A stretch of DNA of 64,000 bases from Heptranchias perlo. Its lineage: Eukaryota. A program made the translations under genes and the position numbers. The stretch covers positions 11,160,001 to 11,224,000 of the forward strand of contig NW_027139442.1 of NCBI RefSeq assembly GCF_035084215.1, in the 5' to 3' direction. This document shows, piece by piece, positions 59,784 to 64,000 of the stretch. The notes beneath the pieces were generated by a model. That model was not told the origin of the DNA. It saw nothing but the letters and a program-made list of their open reading frames with translations, and did no database searches. Position 1 is the stretch's first letter; every line of letters begins with the position of its first letter.

Positions 59784-61045
59784 ATCTTCATTGTACGGTC
59801 AGTGTCTGTTCAGCAAACCGGCTCTGAATTTCTCAGTCTGTATTTCGAGAAATGGTTCTGTGCGCGACGCGGGCAATACAAACGGTGACCGACGCACTGC
59901 GACTAATGGCGGCCGGAGGCCCCACAATCCCCCGCGGCCGAGAAACCCCTCTATCTATCCTAGATGCTGATTTTTCCGCTCGGACTGCGCATGCTCCCGT
60001 GGCCCGCCGTGCATTCTGGGAACGGAGCGCTCCTTTCCTTTGTTCCCGAGTCGGACTCGGTGGAAACGGGAGAAGAAACCGGGAAGTGGCGGGTAGGACG
60101 GGGTAGGCGCTGGATGATGGGTGTAATGGAGTCCGGGGACCCCCGCCCGCCCGATCCCCCGGGACCCCCGACTCTGATTCAGGGCCTGATCCGCACTCGA
60201 TGTTGCTGAGACTCCGCTCAGTGTAAATGCAGGTTGTTGATCTGCTTTCCTTTGGCCTCAGCTTTGCCGGACAGAATCAGCCAGGGACGGTGACTGTGCT
60301 GCTCTCCATGGTTGAAATGCCGGCAGCTCGCTGTACAGGCTCACAAGTGCAGAATTACCATTTGGCCGGGTACTGGAGGGCAAACAGTGACTGGGGCCGA
60401 AACCCAACATCACGCAGAACCTTCAGGAGCGAAAAGGAGGAAAAATAGATCCTGCGATGAATCTGGATTTCAAATAGCGAGGACATGTCACGGAGGCAGA
60501 GTGTGTGGGACGGGGGAATTCATAGCTTAATAGGGGCAAGGAGGGAGAGTGTGTGGGACGGGGGATTTAAGCTTAATTGGGGCAAGGAGGGAGAGTGTGG
60601 GACAGGGGTTTTACAGCTTAATGATGGCAAGGAGGGAGAGTGTAGGTCGGTTGATTTACAGCTTAATAGGGGCAAGAATGGATAGTGTGTGGGACGGGGG
60701 ATTTACAGCTCATCAGGGGCAAGGAGGGAGAGTGTGGGACGGGGGATTTACAGCTTAATAGGAGCAAGGAAGGAGAGTGTGGGACGGGGGATTTACAGCT
60801 TAATAGGGGCAAGGAGGGAGAGTGTCTGGGACGGGGCATTCACAGCTTATGATGGGCAAGGGAGAAAAGAATGTTCCGGGGAAACGAGAACTGTGTGTTC
60901 TGAATTTCTATCCTGTATTTATGGTGATGAATTATGTAAATGATGTGCACAGATGCGTCGACTAGGCTTGTATTCTCTTGAATAAACAAGATTAAGGACT
61001 GATCTAATTGAGGTGTTTAAGATGATTAGAGGTTTTGATAGAATA

Positions 61046-62390
61046 GGGTGGATAAAGGGGAACCAGTGGACGTAGTGTATTTAGACTTCCAGAAGGCATT
61101 CGACAAGGTGCCACATGAAAGATTATTACTTAAGATAAAAAATCACGGGATTGGGGGTAATATTCTGGCATGGGTGGAGGATTGGTTATCAAACAGGAAG
61201 CAGAGAGTTGGGATAAATGGTTCATTTTCGGACTGGCAACCAGTAACCAGTGGTGTTCCACAGGGGTCGGTGCTGGGTCCCCAACTCTTTACAATCTATA
61301 TTAACGATTTGGAGGAGGGGACCGAGTGCAACATATCAAAATTTGCAGATGATACAAAGATGGGAGGGAAAGTAGAGAGTGAGGAGGACATAAAAAACCT
61401 GCAAGGGGATATAGACAGGCTGGGTGAGTGGGCGGAGATTTGGCAGATGCAATATAATATTGGAAAATGTGAGGTTATGCACTTTGGCAGGAAAAATCAG
61501 AGAGCAAGTTATTTTCTTAATGGCGAGAGACTGGAAAGTACTGCAGTACAAAGGGATCTGGGGGTCCTAGTGCAAGAAAATCAAAAAGTTGGTATGCAGG
61601 TGCAGCAGGTGATCAAGAAAGCCAACGGAATGTTGGCTTTTATTGCTAGGGGGATAGAATATAAAAACAGGGAGGTATTGCTGCAGTTATATAAGGTATT
61701 GGTGAGACCGCACCTGGAATACTGCATACAGTTTTGGTCTCCATACTTAAGAAAAGACATACTTGCTCTCGAGGCAGTACAAAGAAGGTTCACTCGGTTA
61801 ATCCCGGGGATGAGGGGGCGCACATATGAGGAGAGGTTGAGTAGATTGGGACTCTACTCATTGGAGTTCAGAAGAATGAGAGGCGATCTTATTGAAACAT
61901 ATAAGATTGTGAGGGGTCTTGATCGGGTGGATGCAGTAAGGATGTTCCCAAAGATGGGTGAAACTAGAACTAGGGGGCATAATCTTAGAATAAGGGGCTG
62001 CTCTTTCAAAACTGAGATGAGGAGAAACTTCTTCACTCAGAGGGTGGTAGGTCTGTGGAATATGCTGCCCCAGGAAGCTGTGGAAGCTACATCATTAGAT
62101 AAATTTAAAACAGAAATAGACAGTTTCCTCGAAGTAAAGGGAATTAGGGGTTATGGGGAGCGGGCAGGAAATTGGACATGAAGCTGAGTTCGGATCGGTC
62201 AATGCCCTGTGGGTGGCGGAGAGGGCCCAGGGGCTATGTGGCCGGGTCCTGCTCCGACTTCTTGTGTTCTTTAGATTTGTGGTTGGGATCAGATCAGCCA
62301 TGATCTTATTAAATGGCGGAGCAGGCTCGAGGGGCCGATTGGCCTACTCCTGCTCCAATTTCTTATGTTCTTATGTTCTTATGTTCTTAT
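61046..62390 (+). mobile_element. Young 5'-truncated CR1 LINE with uninterrupted RT and C-terminal ORF2
   Basis: 377-aa ORF 61048-62181 with YLDFQKAFDKVPH, GVPQGSVLGP and KFADD; (TTCTTATG)n tail; inserted into an older CR1. Confidence 0.95.
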
Positions 62391-62492
62391 GGAGATAAAC
62401 TATTTCCTCTGGTGGGAGAGTCCAGAACAAGGGGGAATCATCTGAAAATTAGAGCTCGGCCATTGAGGGGTGATGGCCGGAAGCAAGTCTTC

Positions 62493-64000
62493 CGAACTTT
62501 TCCCGCAGAGCGGCAGTGGACCTGAGAGTAGAAGATTGAGATTGTGGAATAAAAGCAGCAGCAGACCTGCAACAAGAGACAACTACTGTGCGACATCACA
62601 GGTGAGGCAGGAGAGTCCGAGAGGTGAGCCGAGTATAAAAGGGGAGACCTAGAGCGGGAAGAGAGTCTAAGAGTCGAAGGCACGTCATGGCAGCACAGCT
62701 CGCACCCGTTATATGCTCCTCCTGCACGATGTGGGAAGTCATGGACACTACCAGTGTCCCTGGCGACCATGTGTGCTGGAAGTGTGTCCAGCTGCAGCTA
62801 CTGGCTAACCGTCTTTCGGAGCTGGAGCTGCGGGTGGATTCACTGTGGAGCATCCGCGATGCTGAGACTATCGTGGATAGCACGTTCAGTGAGGTGGTCA
62901 CACCGCAGGTAAAGAAAACGCAGGCAGAAAGGAAATGGGTGACCGCCAGGCAGAGTAAAAGGACTAGGCAGGTAGAGCCGGAGTCCCCTGGGGCCGTCTC
63001 CCTCTCAAACAGATATTCTGCTTTGGATACTGTTGAGGGAGATGGCTTATCAGGGGAAAGCAGCAAGAGCCAGGTTCGGGGCACCACGGGTGGCTCTGCT
63101 GCACAGGAGGGGAGGAAGAAGAGTGGCAGGGCTTTTGTGATAGGGGATTCAATTGTAAGGGGAACAGATAGGCGTTTCTGCGGCCGCAAACGTGACTCCA
63201 GGATGGTATGTTGCCTCCCTGGTGCTAGGGTCAAGGATGTCACCGAGCGGCTACAGGGCATTCTGGAGGGGGAGGGTGAACAGCCAATAGTCGTGGTCCA
63301 TATTGGTACCAACGACATTGGTAAAAAAAAGTGATGAGGTCCTGCAGGGTGAATTTAAGGAGTTAGGAGATAAATTAAAAAGCAGGACTTCAAAGGTAGT
63401 GATCTCAGGATTACTACCGGTGCCACGTGCTAGTGAGTATAGGAACAGGAGAATAGACAGGATGAATGCGTGGCTGCAGGGAAGGTGTAGGAGGGAGGGA
63501 TTTAGATTCCTGGAACATTGGGACCGGTTCTGGGGAAGGTGGGACCTGTACAAGCGTGACGGGTTAGACCCGAGCAGGACCGGGACCAATGTCCTCGCGG
63601 GGGTGTTTGCTAGTGGTGTTGTGGAAGGTTTAAACTTGAGTGGCAGGGGGATGGGAACCTCAGCGGGGAGTCAGAAGGGAATAAAGAAGAGAGCAGCAAG
63701 AGAGGGGAAGACCCAGGGGAAATCTACAATACAAATAGTACAAACAGTTGTTCAAGAACAAGTGAAAGGCAAAAGCATACAGCAGCGGAAAGAAAGTGTA
63801 CTTTAGGCACTTTAGGCACGACAGATAAAATGAAAACTAGAAGGCGTAAGGCGATTAACCCAGCATCAAAGCTGTGGCAGGGGTTTGGGAACCTGAGCAG
63901 GGAGACAGAGGAAAGCGTATCAGGAAGCGACAGAAGGTATGGAGTAAAAGCTAAAGTGTTAAAAAAGGAAAAAGCAGGAACTAAGTGTCACAAAACATAT
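62493..64000 (+). mobile_element. CR1 LINE 5' end with ORF1 (zinc finger/leucine zipper plus SGNH esterase), continuing past the window
   Basis: ORF 62687-63334 has CSSC..CWKC, a coiled coil, VIGDSIVR and HIGTND; it continues in ORF 63303-63806 after a one-base frameshift. Confidence 0.88.

Overview
Vertebrate DNA, most likely a cartilaginous fish (inferred from repeat content), containing part of a dispersed replication-dependent histone gene cluster. It has seven intact intronless genes with 3' stem-loops (2 H2A, 2 H2B, 1 H3.2, 2 H4) and four damaged copies (3 H2A, 1 H2B). It also has one intact tRNA-Gly(TCC) plus three decayed copies, many CR1 LINE fragments, an L2 fragment, a decayed Buster/Charlie-type hAT transposon and several minisatellites. 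The window is built from segmental duplications: two old inverted arms (~2.2-22.0 kb and ~45.3-62.5 kb) flank a spacer that holds a direct copy of much of the left arm. The most striking local feature is a 223-bp insertion in an H2B gene, with a 12-bp target-site duplication and a perfect 92-bp-arm palindrome carrying back-to-back minimal hammerhead ribozyme motifs (Penelope-like). Also notable are about 14 oriented CTCF-like sites and a repeated NRF1-motif promoter module with conserved splice signals. All alignments were done by eye, and repeat boundaries are approximate.
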